64,000 nt of DNA from Actinomycetota bacterium (lineage in GTDB: Bacteria; Actinomycetota; Humimicrobiia; JAHJRV01), in assembly GCA_018830725.1 (NCBI GenBank), contig JAHJRV010000094.1, forward strand, positions 30,628 through 94,627. Direction: 5' to 3'. This document shows, in pieces, positions 8,555-19,597 of the stretch; the first letter of the stretch is position 1; each line of letters begins with the position of its first letter. The position numbers and the translations under genes are program-made. A model generated the notes under the pieces. It did not search any database and was not told the DNA's origin. It saw nothing but the letters and a program-made list of their open reading frames with translations.

Positions 8555-10422
8555 TCCTCTATGATTTTTCTCTTTGTATCCAAATCAATATTCCATAGAT
8601 AAAAATCTTGTTGGCCTACAGTCTTAATGGTACGATTTACCCAAGGTTTAGTTAAAGTTACTATCGTGTCAAAGTAAATTGGTACAATTGCAGTCTCAAC
8701 ATTATTTAGCTGATATTCTGCCTGTTTATAAAGTTCTTTTCTTTTCTTAGGATCTTGTTCTATACTAGCTTCCCTGGTTAATTTGTCAAATTCTAACTCT
8801 TTTACCTCAGTGCAAATTGGATCTGAACATCCTCTTCTTAACCTATTAGTTCCAGCTTCATTGTTAAATATTTCATGTACCCAGTTATTTTGATCAGGAT
8901 AATCAGCAAACCAAAATAGTCTCCAAATATGTGGCATATCTTCTAAGGGAGTATCCTTCTGTAGAGTTTTAAGATATTCCATCAATTCCTGAGTTTCTAT
9001 TTTAACATCAACATTTAATACTTCCTTCCACATAACTACTATCGCTTCAGCTATTTTTTTATGATGCTCACTTTCATTGTGCATTAGGATTACCTCAGGG
9101 AAACCTTCACCATCTAGATATCCAGCTTCAGCTAAATATGCTTTTGCTTTTTCTGGATCATATGTTATTCCCACATCTGGATCGCCAGCAACATTGCCAA
9201 AAATACCTGTAGGAGCAAAAGAGTTTGCTGGTATATGTTTACCGTCTAATACTGTATCTATAAGAGTTTGTCTGTCAATTGCTGCTGAAAATGCCTTTCT
9301 GATTAAATGATTATCAAATGGAGGTTTGTTATTAGTAAATCCATAGTAATAAGTATCAGGTACTGGGATAATAGTTAATTCCTCCTTTAGAACTTTATCT
9401 GATTTTATTTTATTTATTTCTGAAATAGGAACATTGCAGATGTCCAACTGATTATTCTTATACATGTCAAATGCTGAATATTCGTCCTCAACCATATATG
9501 CGATTATCTTTTCAATCTGTACTTTATCTGCATCAGGATAATATGGATTTTTTACTAATGTATAATGGTTACCATGAACCCATTCAGTCATTACATAAGG
9601 ACCATTTGAATATATATAACATGGCTCAATCCATTTCTCTTTGCGATATTCAATAACTTCTTGAGGTAATGGTTTACAAATTGACATACTTACAATTCCT
9701 GGGAAGTAAGGAGCTTTATGCTCCAAAGTGAATTTCACAGTATAATCATCAACTGCTTCAACACCAATGGTTTCTAAAAGTTCAGGTATTATTTCCTCTT
9801 CAGTAGTATTAACTGCTTCTCCATTTTTTAATGCATACAAAACATAAGCATAATCTGAACCAGTTACTGGGTTTAGAGTTCTTCTTACTCCATATACAAC
9901 ATCATTAGCTGTAACTGGAATTGGATTTCCATATTCATCCAAAACTTGCTCTACCTGATTTGTTGAACAATTATATCTAACCCATGTAATATCATCCCTT
10001 ATACTAAAGGTCCATGTAAAACCATCATTAGATAGCTCCCATTCAGTAGCTAATTCAGTAATTACATTACTATCCTCATCCAAACCTGTTAGACCCAGAA
10101 AAATACTCTCGACTAATTGTAATGAAGTGGTATCTGTTACAAATGCAGGATCTGCAGTTTCAGGCTCTTTACCCACATTAAGCATGAGAGTTACTGGTCC
10201 CTCTTCCAGTACAGGAGTTGTTTCTTCTACTTCCATTTCTTCTTCACTTGCTGTCATTTCCTCAATTTTAGTTTCTTCAACTAATGATTGTTTTAAGTAA
10301 GGACATCCTATAATTGAGATAGAGAGAAATATTATTAGAAAAATTATTGATGCGGTAAATATATTTTTTTTTAATAAATTCATAAATTTATTACTTTTTT
10401 TTACAATTAGAATATACTTCAC
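8551..10422 (-). CDS. ABC transporter substrate-binding lipoprotein, family 5 (OppA-like)
   Basis: 623 aa with lipobox IIGC and an acidic linker. It is a paralog of the neighbouring SBP. Confidence 0.7.
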   Translation of the reverse strand: MKYILIVKKSNKFMNLLKKNIFTASIIFLIIFLSISIIGCPYLKQSLVEETKIEEMTASEEEMEVEETTPVLEEGPVTLMLNVGKEPETADPAFVTDTTSLQLVESIFLGLTGLDEDSNVITELATEWELSNDGFTWTFSIRDDITWVRYNCSTNQVEQVLDEYGNPIPVTANDVVYGVRRTLNPVTGSDYAYVLYALKNGEAVNTTEEEIIPELLETIGVEAVDDYTVKFTLEHKAPYFPGIVSMSICKPLPQEVIEYRKEKWIEPCYIYSNGPYVMTEWVHGNHYTLVKNPYYPDADKVQIEKIIAYMVEDEYSAFDMYKNNQLDICNVPISEINKIKSDKVLKEELTIIPVPDTYYYGFTNNKPPFDNHLIRKAFSAAIDRQTLIDTVLDGKHIPANSFAPTGIFGNVAGDPDVGITYDPEKAKAYLAEAGYLDGEGFPEVILMHNESEHHKKIAEAIVVMWKEVLNVDVKIETQELMEYLKTLQKDTPLEDMPHIWRLFWFADYPDQNNWVHEIFNNEAGTNRLRRGCSDPICTEVKELEFDKLTREASIEQDPKKRKELYKQAEYQLNNVETAIVPIYFDTIVTLTKPWVNRTIKTVGQQDFYLWNIDLDTKRKIIEE

Positions 10423-10535
10423 AATTAAAATTGCTTAAATATTTCTTAAAATTTAAAACAACAATTCCTCTTATATTATCTAATTTTTATCTGAGTATAA
10501 TATTGAATAATATTATTTTGAATAATAATATTTTT

Positions 10536-10769
10536 TTATCTTAATATTACATTCAATAGTATTGTGGTAATGGCGAATATTATTGATGTGGCAACTGTTA
10601 TCCTATTTAAATTCTTTTCGACAATACTTGAGCTAGTAACTGGGCCTAAAATCTCACCAAATGTAGCTGACATTCCTCCACCCTTTCCAGCATGAAGAAG
10701 AATCAGAAGAATTAAAGCTAAACAAATTACAGAATGAATTATGATTATTACAGTTGACAAAGTAGTCAT
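10536..10769 (-). CDS. secG: preprotein translocase subunit SecG
   Basis: 77 aa with two TM helices and a central glycine-rich GKGGG loop. Confidence 0.7.
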   Translation of the reverse strand: MTTLSTVIIIIHSVICLALILLILLHAGKGGGMSATFGEILGPVTSSSIVEKNLNRITVATSIIFAITTILLNVILR

Positions 10770-11416
10770 TTTTTAGTAACTCCTTATTGATTATAAATTA
10801 TATATTCACATTGATTATAAATTATTATTTTGACTTTAAAATAATCTAATTAAGTATTATAATTCTAATTTTAAAAACAATCTCAACAAAAACATTTTAC
10901 AATTGTAAACTATTTTTAAAAATTTTAAAATATAAAACATTAAAAAAATTATTCAATAAAATATTCTCTGTATTAGATTTTTTAATCTTTTTATATCATT
11001 CAGACACCGTCCTGGGTAAAATGAAGGAATGACATAAAGTAAATATCTTAAAATTGTAAAATTTTACAAAATTTTTTGATTAATTTGCATTAGTTCCAAA
11101 TTTAACATTAGTAACTATTTTCTTTGTAATAAGACAAGCTTTAATGAATATGTCAGGCCCAATATATAGCAACTTTGTTATGGAGACTGTCCCAGGTGAA
11201 GAAAGGGGTATTGCAAGTGGATATGTTTCTTTTTTTACCTAATTTCTGCAATAGCATTTGTTTCATTCTTTAAAAGATCCGAAAAAGTGACCCTTCAATA
11301 AACAATGACAACCACAACCTCTTCAGAATTATAAAAAATATAATTACTATCATCATAAGTAAAACAAGGGAATGACAAAAAAGAAGAGAGTTTAGAATAG
11401 CAGAAAGAAGGTTTTT

Positions 11417-13162
11417 TTACATAAAGATTCTTAAAATTGCTGGAAAGGTTGAGAAGATTCCTTCAAAAACAAACCATAAAAATACTATTATAATAATTTC
11501 TGCTACAATTTGATTTTTAAAATCTAAAAATTTATAAAATAGAAAAGTAAAAATGGATGCAATTATGTATCCAATGATTGTATAAGAAGGTAAAAATTCT
11601 ACATTAAGGAGATTTTTAATACCAGGAAAAAAGAATCTACTAAATGAAGCTATCATAGATACAATTAAAATAATTAACAGAATATGTAAGCTACTTTTAG
11701 CCATTTTAGAAACTAAGTAATTTACAATTATTAAAGATAAAATTAAAGTTAAAATAACTGCTCCAATGTTTAGAATGGAAATCATGGAAGATAGAATAAG
11801 AGAAAAAAGATATCCTCCCATTCCAAAAAAATACTCTTTTTTACTTCCAATTCCCAATTTATTAAATAAATTAGTTCTAACTACATCTTTATTATCTTTA
11901 TAAACAACTTTACTGGTTTGATCGGGATTAAATCCTATCCAAAAGAATTGAGCGTAATCATCTTCGTAAGGAAAAACTTTTGGCAGATATGTGTCTTCAC
12001 CCCTGTCATTTACTCTCATCTCATCTTTAACAATAGTACCATCTTTATTTATTAGTTTATAGTAAGTTTCAAGTCTATCTCTTCTGTTATCCATCCAGAC
12101 TAAGTGTATTTTATCCTTGTTGGAAGAGATGTATGGATTGTAAGACCATTTCAATGTTCTTGTTATAAATTCACCTCTTGTAATATCTTTTCCGTCCAAA
12201 TCAAATATATCCATAATTATGTCTTTGTGCCCACCTATTTCAAGACTTAAATCTTCTTCAGTTATAAGACCTGATCTAAAAATATAAATTCTATTTTCAT
12301 TAACAAAATGAACTGCTTGAATATTAGTTGTGTACAATATTGTTCTGCCAACTTTTTTTTCAAAAATCTTTTCAAAGTCTTGAGTAAATACTCCTAAATA
12401 TATAAATGGTCTCTTAGGGTCTTCTCTAATGTCTCGCCAAATTATATATAATCTATCATTAAAAAATTGCAACTTTGGTTGCTTTGCTTTTCCTTGAGGT
12501 ATCTCTGATAGTTTGTAAGTATCTGAAATATTTCCATCTGAACTAACTTTTATACCAGATAGACCTGTTACACCCTCCTTTATATCTGAAAATACTAAAT
12601 AGATATTATTTTGAGAGTCAAAACATACATTAATATCATCAATGTATTTTCCCTCATAAATTGTTTCTGGGCTTGAAATGTTTTTTCCATCCTTATTAAT
12701 TGTAATGTTATTTAAATTATTTCTCCTATTTTCATTATTAATTGATGAGTAGAAAATGTTAATTTTTCCAGCATCATCAACAAGAATTTTATAATCTATA
12801 TAAGAGCTTTTTTTAGAATCTAGAATTGTTTCAGGTATAAGAGTTTTAAGATTCTCATTGAATTTAGTAAATTTTAGACAAAGATTTTCATTAACTCTAT
12901 CTATCCATACAATCTCGTAATTTTTTAATTTATCTTTATATACAGAATATGAAGTTGATTTAAAACTATCAATTATGGTTTTTGAAACAGAGAATCCCTC
13001 ATCCACCTCAACTAAAAATTTTCCCGATAATTCAGGATTACCAAAGATTTTCTCATAAACTGGTGGTAGCAAAGAGCAGATTATAAGTAGAAATAAGAAT
13101 AAAACTACTTTTAAGAAAATGGGAAAATACTTTATTAATATAGATTTATTATGTGTGTTCAT
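11417..13162 (-). CDS. hypothetical membrane-anchored protein (N-terminal TM, large Asn/Tyr/Asp-rich beta-rich domain, C-terminal multi-TM region)
   Basis: 581-aa ORF with no recognisable catalytic motif. Confidence 0.35.
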   Translation of the reverse strand: MNTHNKSILIKYFPIFLKVVLFLFLLIICSLLPPVYEKIFGNPELSGKFLVEVDEGFSVSKTIIDSFKSTSYSVYKDKLKNYEIVWIDRVNENLCLKFTKFNENLKTLIPETILDSKKSSYIDYKILVDDAGKINIFYSSINNENRRNNLNNITINKDGKNISSPETIYEGKYIDDINVCFDSQNNIYLVFSDIKEGVTGLSGIKVSSDGNISDTYKLSEIPQGKAKQPKLQFFNDRLYIIWRDIREDPKRPFIYLGVFTQDFEKIFEKKVGRTILYTTNIQAVHFVNENRIYIFRSGLITEEDLSLEIGGHKDIIMDIFDLDGKDITRGEFITRTLKWSYNPYISSNKDKIHLVWMDNRRDRLETYYKLINKDGTIVKDEMRVNDRGEDTYLPKVFPYEDDYAQFFWIGFNPDQTSKVVYKDNKDVVRTNLFNKLGIGSKKEYFFGMGGYLFSLILSSMISILNIGAVILTLILSLIIVNYLVSKMAKSSLHILLIILIVSMIASFSRFFFPGIKNLLNVEFLPSYTIIGYIIASIFTFLFYKFLDFKNQIVAEIIIIVFLWFVFEGIFSTFPAILRIFM

Positions 13163-13292
13163 TCATGTAATCTGAGCTATTTAAGATATGTATTTGTATT
13201 ATTATTTCTATTTATAATTTTTAAAAGGAGAAAAATTATTTTGTTTTGTCTTGAAGTATATTTTTTTATGATGATTTATTAATTGGATTTAT

Positions 13293-14264
13293 TTATAATT
13301 CTCCAGCAAAGTGACATGCTACAATGTGTCCCTCACTTATATCTCTTAATTCTGGAATATCTTTTGTACATATATCTTTGCGATACATACATCTTGGATG
13401 AAAATTACAACCTGGTGGAACATTAACTGGACTTGGGACATCACCTTTTAAAATTATCCTTTTAGTTTTCACTCTTGGATCTGGAACAGGAACAGCAGAA
13501 AGTAGTGCCTGAGTATAAGGATGAATAGGATTTTCATAAAGTTCATCCCTAAAGGTTATTTCTACAATTTTACCTAAATACATTACTGCTACTCTATCAC
13601 TTACATGTTCTACTACACTTAAATCATGAGCGACAAAAAGATAAGTTAAATCAAATTCTTCTTGAAGTCTGTCTAATAAATTAAGAATTTGGGACTGAAT
13701 TGAAACATCAAGAGCAGATACAGGTTCATCACAAACAATAAATTTCGAATTTACCGCTAAAGCCCTTGCAATTCCTATTCTTTGTCTCTGACCCCCACTA
13801 AATTCATGAGGATATCTTTTAATATGGTCAACTTCCAAACCAACTTTTTTCAATAAATCAACTACTCTATCTTGGATTTCAGACTTACTATATTTTTTCT
13901 GAATTGCAAGTCCTTCACCAATTATTCTCCCCACATTCATTCTCGGATTAAGAGAAGCAAATGGGTCTTGGAAAATAATTTGCATTTCCTTTCTCAATTT
14001 TAACAATCTTTCTGTAGTAGCAGTGAGTAAATCTTCTCCATTATACATAATTTTTCCTGAAGTAGGCTCAATTAATCTTATAATGCATCTTCCTGTGGTC
14101 GTTTTTCCACAGCCACTCTCCCCCACTAAACCAAGTGTTTCTCCTCTTTTTATATTAAATGTAATTCCATCTACTGCTTTTACCCATGCAGATATTCTAC
14201 TAAAGACACCTGTTCTTACAGGAAAATATTTAACCAAATCTTCAACTTCAATTAAATTATCCAT
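13293..14264 (-). CDS. oppF: oligopeptide ABC transporter ATP-binding protein OppF
   Basis: Walker A GESGCGKTT, signature FSGGQRQR, Walker B FIVCDEP, plus an oligopeptide-type C-terminal extension. Confidence 0.85.
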   Translation of the reverse strand: MDNLIEVEDLVKYFPVRTGVFSRISAWVKAVDGITFNIKRGETLGLVGESGCGKTTTGRCIIRLIEPTSGKIMYNGEDLLTATTERLLKLRKEMQIIFQDPFASLNPRMNVGRIIGEGLAIQKKYSKSEIQDRVVDLLKKVGLEVDHIKRYPHEFSGGQRQRIGIARALAVNSKFIVCDEPVSALDVSIQSQILNLLDRLQEEFDLTYLFVAHDLSVVEHVSDRVAVMYLGKIVEITFRDELYENPIHPYTQALLSAVPVPDPRVKTKRIILKGDVPSPVNVPPGCNFHPRCMYRKDICTKDIPELRDISEGHIVACHFAGEL

Positions 14265-14280
14265 ATAACTCCTTTAAATA

Positions 14281-15258
14281 TTATTGTTTTACCCAACATC
14301 TTACAAAATGACCTGGTTTAATTTCCAGGAGTTCTGGCTCCTCTTTTTCACATTTATCAATCTTGTATTTACATCTTGGATGAAATTTACAACCTGGTGG
14401 AAAATTAATAGGGTCAGGAACACTTCCCTCAATGACATCTAACTTTTTCTTTCTCACATTTAACATTGGAATAGATTTAAGTAAACCTTCTGTATAAGGA
14501 TGAATATGTTCTATAAATATCTCTTCAGATGTACCTGACTCTTGTATTTTACCAGCATACATCACTGCAACTCTATCTGAAACTTCAGCAATTACTCCTA
14601 AATCATGAGTAATAAATAAAACTGCCATTCCAATACTTTCTTGAAGACCTTTTATCAGTTCAAGAATCTGGGCTTGAATAGTTACATCCAACGCAGTTGT
14701 TGGTTCATCTGCTATTAAGAGTCCAGGTTTACATGAAAGAGCCATAGCTATCATTACTCTTTGTCTCATTCCCCCACTTAATTCATGAGGATATCCTTTA
14801 AGAATTTCTCTCGGTCTTGGAATGCCTACAAGTTTTATCATTTCTTCAGACTTATCTAAAGCTTCTTTTTCAGTCATATTTTGATGAAGTATTAAAACCT
14901 CTGAAAGCTGTTTTCCTATTGTAAAAACTGGATTAAGTGAAGTCATTGGTTCCTGAAATATCATGCTTATTTCATTTCCTCTTACTTTCCTCATTTTTTC
15001 TTGAGAAATTTTTAATAAATTCTCTCCTTTATATAAGACTTCCCCTTCTTCTATTTTTCCAGGTGGAGATTCAACTAATCTCATTATGGAGAAAGAGGTC
15101 ACTGTTTTTCCACAGGCGGATTCACCTACAAGTCCCATTGTTTCACCTTTTCTAATATCAAAATCAACACCATCTACAGCTTTAACTACTCCATCATCGG
15201 TATGAAAATAAGTTTTTAATCCTTTTATTTTTATTATTTCATCATTTCCTATAATCAT
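14281..15258 (-). CDS. oppD: oligopeptide ABC transporter ATP-binding protein OppD
   Basis: Walker A GESACGKT, signature LSGGMRQR and LIADEPTTALD. Confidence 0.85.
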   Translation of the reverse strand: MIIGNDEIIKIKGLKTYFHTDDGVVKAVDGVDFDIRKGETMGLVGESACGKTVTSFSIMRLVESPPGKIEEGEVLYKGENLLKISQEKMRKVRGNEISMIFQEPMTSLNPVFTIGKQLSEVLILHQNMTEKEALDKSEEMIKLVGIPRPREILKGYPHELSGGMRQRVMIAMALSCKPGLLIADEPTTALDVTIQAQILELIKGLQESIGMAVLFITHDLGVIAEVSDRVAVMYAGKIQESGTSEEIFIEHIHPYTEGLLKSIPMLNVRKKKLDVIEGSVPDPINFPPGCKFHPRCKYKIDKCEKEEPELLEIKPGHFVRCWVKQ

Positions 15259-15272
15259 TAATTCTCCTTAAT

Positions 15273-16184
15273 CTATCGAATTAATTTTGGGTCTAATGCA
15301 TCTCTTAATCCATCACCAATAAAATTAATACACAAAACAGCAATTGAAATTAGAATTCCTGGTGGCAACCACAACCAAGGCATTCTACTTAATACTGTTA
15401 ACGATTGAGCTGCATGCATCATCTGACCCCAACTTGTATCAGGAAAAACAACTCCTAAACCTAAAAAACTTAATGCTGCTTCAATTATAATAGCATCAGC
15501 TACTCCCATAGTTGCTGCTACTAAAACTGGAGCAAATGCATTTGGTAATAGATGAGTAAATATTATTCTAAAGTTATTTGCACCTAAACCTCTTGCAGCC
15601 AAAGTATATTCCATCTCTTTTAGCTTTAGAAATTCACCCCTTACAAGTCTTGCCACAGTACTCCAACCTGTTAATCCAATAATTAACATAACATTATATA
15701 TACTTGGACCTAAAATTGCAGCCACAAGAATAACTAATACTAACCAAGGGAATGAGATAATAACATCTGTAAATCTCATAAGAATAGCATCTATCCAGCC
15801 ACCAAAAAAACCTGAAATAGCACCTATTAATATTCCAATAGAAACATATAAACAAACAGCAACCAATCCTATAGATAATGAAATTCTTGCACCATAAATG
15901 AGTCTTGATAATACATCACAGCCTAATTCATCAGTTCCTAAGATATGTTCTTTAGAAGGTGGTAATTTTTTATTAGCATAATCAACTGTTGTTGCTGGAT
16001 ATGGTGCAATAAAGTTAGCGAAAATTGCAACAATTACAAGAATAGATATTAATATCAATCCTACTAAAGCTAATTTATTTTTCTTAAATCTTTTCCATAT
16101 TATAGAACGAAGAGTTACAGGTTTTTTTGCAACAGTATAATCAATTTTCTCTTCAATTCCTTCTAATACATTATTATTTCCCAA
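15273..16184 (-). CDS. oppC: oligopeptide ABC transporter permease OppC
   Basis: Six TM helices, OppC-type N-terminus and permease EAA-like region. Confidence 0.8.
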   Translation of the reverse strand: MGNNNVLEGIEEKIDYTVAKKPVTLRSIIWKRFKKNKLALVGLILISILVIVAIFANFIAPYPATTVDYANKKLPPSKEHILGTDELGCDVLSRLIYGARISLSIGLVAVCLYVSIGILIGAISGFFGGWIDAILMRFTDVIISFPWLVLVILVAAILGPSIYNVMLIIGLTGWSTVARLVRGEFLKLKEMEYTLAARGLGANNFRIIFTHLLPNAFAPVLVAATMGVADAIIIEAALSFLGLGVVFPDTSWGQMMHAAQSLTVLSRMPWLWLPPGILISIAVLCINFIGDGLRDALDPKLIR

Positions 16185-16244
16185 ATTTTCACACTCCTAA
16201 TTATTAAATAAACTTATAATTTTTAAATAAATTTATTTTTAATA

Positions 16245-17198
16245 TCATTTATATCTTATTCTTGGGTCAACTACAGCATATAATATATCCGCAATAAGAT
16301 TTCCTAATAAAACCAGTATGGCAGTAACAAGAGTAGTTCCCATAAGTATTGGATAATCTCTTTGAAATACAGCTCCTACTGCTAATCTACCCATACCAGG
16401 CCAAGCAAAAATGGTTTCTGTTATAAAAGCTCCATTAAAAATGAAAGGTATGCTTAACCCAAAAATAGTTACAATAGGAATTAAAGCATTTCTTAATGCA
16501 TGTTTGTAAATAACATCTCTTTCCGAGATACCTTTTGCCCTTGCTGTTCTTACATAATCTTCTCTTATTACCTCCAACATGCTTGACCTTACATATCTTA
16601 CAACAGGTGCAATTTGATAGAATGTTAAAACAGATACGGGTAGTATGAGATGTCTAATTCTGTCCCAAATGCTAAAAGGTATTCCTAATGTTTTCATTCC
16701 AGATGTTGGTAAAATACCAAATCTCACAGCAAAAATGTAAATAACTACTAAACCAAGGAAAAATATTGGTAAAGACATCCCAAAGAAAATGATTACAGTA
16801 CTGGAGTAATCTAAAAGTGAATACTGTTTTGTTGCTGATAAAATACCAAAGGGTATAGCAATTAAAAAACTTAAAAATAGAGTTGTTCCTGCTAAAAGAG
16901 CTGTTGGACCAATTCTCTCTAATATATGTTTTGTAACAGGTCTTTTTGTATATAAAGACCAACCTAAATCTCCTTTTAGTAATCTAGTTAACCATTTAAA
17001 ATATTGTACATAAACAGGATCATCAAAACCATATAATCTTTCCAATCTTGCTCTTTCTTCAGGTTTAATATCTGGGTTAAAAAGCATAGCTTTAAGAGGA
17101 TTACCGGGGCACATTTTAATCAAAAAGAAGGTTACAATTGTTATACCAATAACTATTGGTATAATCTGTATAAATCTTCGAATAATATACTGTCTCAA
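16245..17198 (-). CDS. oppB: oligopeptide ABC transporter permease OppB
   Basis: OppB/DppB-type permease with a MRQYIIRRF start and an EAA motif region. Confidence 0.8.
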   Translation of the reverse strand: MRQYIIRRFIQIIPIVIGITIVTFFLIKMCPGNPLKAMLFNPDIKPEERARLERLYGFDDPVYVQYFKWLTRLLKGDLGWSLYTKRPVTKHILERIGPTALLAGTTLFLSFLIAIPFGILSATKQYSLLDYSSTVIIFFGMSLPIFFLGLVVIYIFAVRFGILPTSGMKTLGIPFSIWDRIRHLILPVSVLTFYQIAPVVRYVRSSMLEVIREDYVRTARAKGISERDVIYKHALRNALIPIVTIFGLSIPFIFNGAFITETIFAWPGMGRLAVGAVFQRDYPILMGTTLVTAILVLLGNLIADILYAVVDPRIRYK

Positions 17199-17402
17199 AT
17201 GAAATCACTCTCCTAGAAAATAATTATATAAAAAAATAAGATTTTTCAAACTATAAATTCAATTCAAAAACAGTATAATTAAAAGAATAATTTTTTTCAA
17301 TAAATTTAAAAATTATCTTTTTATTTAATATTTTCAAAAATGAAAAGAATTATATCATGATAAACTTAATTAAAGAATAAAAATGTAGAGTATTCTTTAA
17401 TA

Positions 17403-17450
17403 AACAACATGCAGCCTACTTAGGCTGCATGTTGTTACTTTTTACTTTTT
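17403..17450. terminator. perfect 14-bp hairpin between oppA and oppB (intra-operon attenuator/terminator)
   Basis: aacaacatgcagcc-tactta-ggctgcatgttgtt, flanked by T/A runs on both strands. Confidence 0.5.
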
Positions 17451-17467
17451 GAACAGGATAATTGGTA

Positions 17468-19267
17468 TTATTCTTCTATCCAAACATTGTATATATCGAA
17501 GAACACTTTTGCTGCATAATCCCATAGACCTGATACTATTTTAACACCTTTAACTCTATCATTTACTGCAACAATTTCATTATCGTTATATAGGAAGATG
17601 GTTGGTAGTTCCTCTGCCAATATCTTTTCCAATTCGTAGTAGATTTCTTTTCTCTTTTCAGGATCCACATACTTTACACCTTCCTCCCACAACGCATCAG
17701 TTTCCTCATTTTTGTATCCGTAACCGTTATATCCATCTGGATGTTCACCTTTGCTGCTCCATATAACTGCTGCGTCAGGATCAATAGAAAGACTCCAACC
17801 CATTAGATATGTATCATAGTCATCTGGTTCGATTTTTCTATCGTCAGGAAATACATGGCCCAAAAGTGTTGGCCAATCCTGAAGTTCTCCTCTTACTTGA
17901 ATTCCAACAGCTGCTAAGTTATTCCAGATAAGAGGCATTGAAGCCATTCTCACCATGTTTCCAGTTGGGTAGAATAGATCAAATATCATTGGCTCTCCAT
18001 TATACTCTCTAATACCATCCTCATCTGTATCTAAATACCCTGCTTCATCTAAGAGTTCCTTAGCTTTTTCAGGATCATATGGGAACGGTTCTACTTCAGG
18101 ATTATGAGCCCACGATTCTGACCAGATTGGTGAAGCCTGAATAATTCCATGACCATCAAGGATATCATCTATTATGCTCTGTCTGTTAATTGCATAACAA
18201 ACTGCTTGTCTGAACTTCACATCATTAAATGGAGCTTTATACTGATTTAGACTAAAGTGCTGGAATCCACCTCCTGTAACTTCATACATTTGAGCAAATT
18301 CAACTTCAGCTATCATATCATATTCAGCAATAGGAACAGAAACTGCATCAACTTCACCAGCCAAGAAGGCAGCAAGACCTGTATCTTGATCCATTATCTT
18401 ACAAAAAATGGTATCTACAAAAGGACCTTTGCCTGTACCCTCTCCACTTGCACCCATACCATATTCATATCCCCACCAATCCTCATTTCTGGCAAGTTCT
18501 ACATATTGGTCTGTTTCATAAGCTACCCATTTGTAAGGACCAGTTCCTATTGGTACAAAATCAGCAGAAGTTGTGAAGTCTCTCTGAGCTGCTCCAGTAT
18601 TACCTTCATATATATGTTTTGGAATTACTGAAGCTCCACAGGACTCTATTGCAGGTGCAAAAACTTCCTCAAATGTGAACTTTATTGTAAGAGGATCAAT
18701 CACTTCTATACCCTCTATTTTATCTGCTGTACCTTCCTTATATGCTGGTGCTCCAAGAATAGGTTCTACAACTTCACCATATCTAACACCTAAATAATCA
18801 GGATTTCCCATCACATGGAATGTAAAGGATACATCTTCAGCAGTAAAGTCTTCACCATCATGCCACTTAATACCCTCTCTTATATGGAATGTAATTTCCT
18901 TCTGATCTTCTGAGATTTCCCAGCTTTCAGCTAACCATGGAATCAATTCTAGATTTTCATTATAAGTGGTTAATCCTTCATTTATTAAACTCAATGACAT
19001 TGATGTATAAGCATCTGTATAAAGAGTTGGATCAAATGGACCATCAGGAGAACTCCATTGTGCCATGATTAAACTTCCACCAGGTTTTGGTCCTACTACA
19101 ACCTCTTCAGGAGTAGTTTCCTCTTCAGGAGTAGTTTCCTCAACTTCCTCAGCAGGTGGGGCTGGAGGGCAACCAATAAGTGTGAGCGACAGTGATGTAA
19201 CAATTGTAAGAGCTACAACCGTCAAAATTATTTTTTTAAGAAAATTCATTAAAAACCTCCTTATCAA
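17468..19267 (-). CDS. oppA: oligopeptide-binding lipoprotein OppA (family 5 SBP)
   Basis: 599 aa with lipobox LIGC, a TTPEEETTPEE acidic tether and an SBP_bac_5-like body. It is the first gene of oppABCDF. Confidence 0.75.
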   Translation of the reverse strand: MIRRFLMNFLKKIILTVVALTIVTSLSLTLIGCPPAPPAEEVEETTPEEETTPEEVVVGPKPGGSLIMAQWSSPDGPFDPTLYTDAYTSMSLSLINEGLTTYNENLELIPWLAESWEISEDQKEITFHIREGIKWHDGEDFTAEDVSFTFHVMGNPDYLGVRYGEVVEPILGAPAYKEGTADKIEGIEVIDPLTIKFTFEEVFAPAIESCGASVIPKHIYEGNTGAAQRDFTTSADFVPIGTGPYKWVAYETDQYVELARNEDWWGYEYGMGASGEGTGKGPFVDTIFCKIMDQDTGLAAFLAGEVDAVSVPIAEYDMIAEVEFAQMYEVTGGGFQHFSLNQYKAPFNDVKFRQAVCYAINRQSIIDDILDGHGIIQASPIWSESWAHNPEVEPFPYDPEKAKELLDEAGYLDTDEDGIREYNGEPMIFDLFYPTGNMVRMASMPLIWNNLAAVGIQVRGELQDWPTLLGHVFPDDRKIEPDDYDTYLMGWSLSIDPDAAVIWSSKGEHPDGYNGYGYKNEETDALWEEGVKYVDPEKRKEIYYELEKILAEELPTIFLYNDNEIVAVNDRVKGVKIVSGLWDYAAKVFFDIYNVWIEE

Positions 19268-19597
19268 TTTTATACACGAATAACATTAACTTTCTATAGA
19301 ATCACCTCCTGTTTATTTTTTAAATGCTACTTCTAATTTAAGATATGCAACTTCTATTATTTATAAGATTACAATTAATAAAATCTATTAAAATAATAAA
19401 GATTAAAAGTCCATTTGTCAATAGAATAAAATATTTTGATAGATTTTAATTCAATACAATATTTAATAAATTTAATTTTATGAAATATTAAATAAAAAAA
19501 TAGCTTTTGTCAATACCTCTTTAGTCAATTCAAGTTTTTAATCTTTAATATATTATACAACATTCTTTATTAAATAAATTTTTTAAATAATTTTTGG

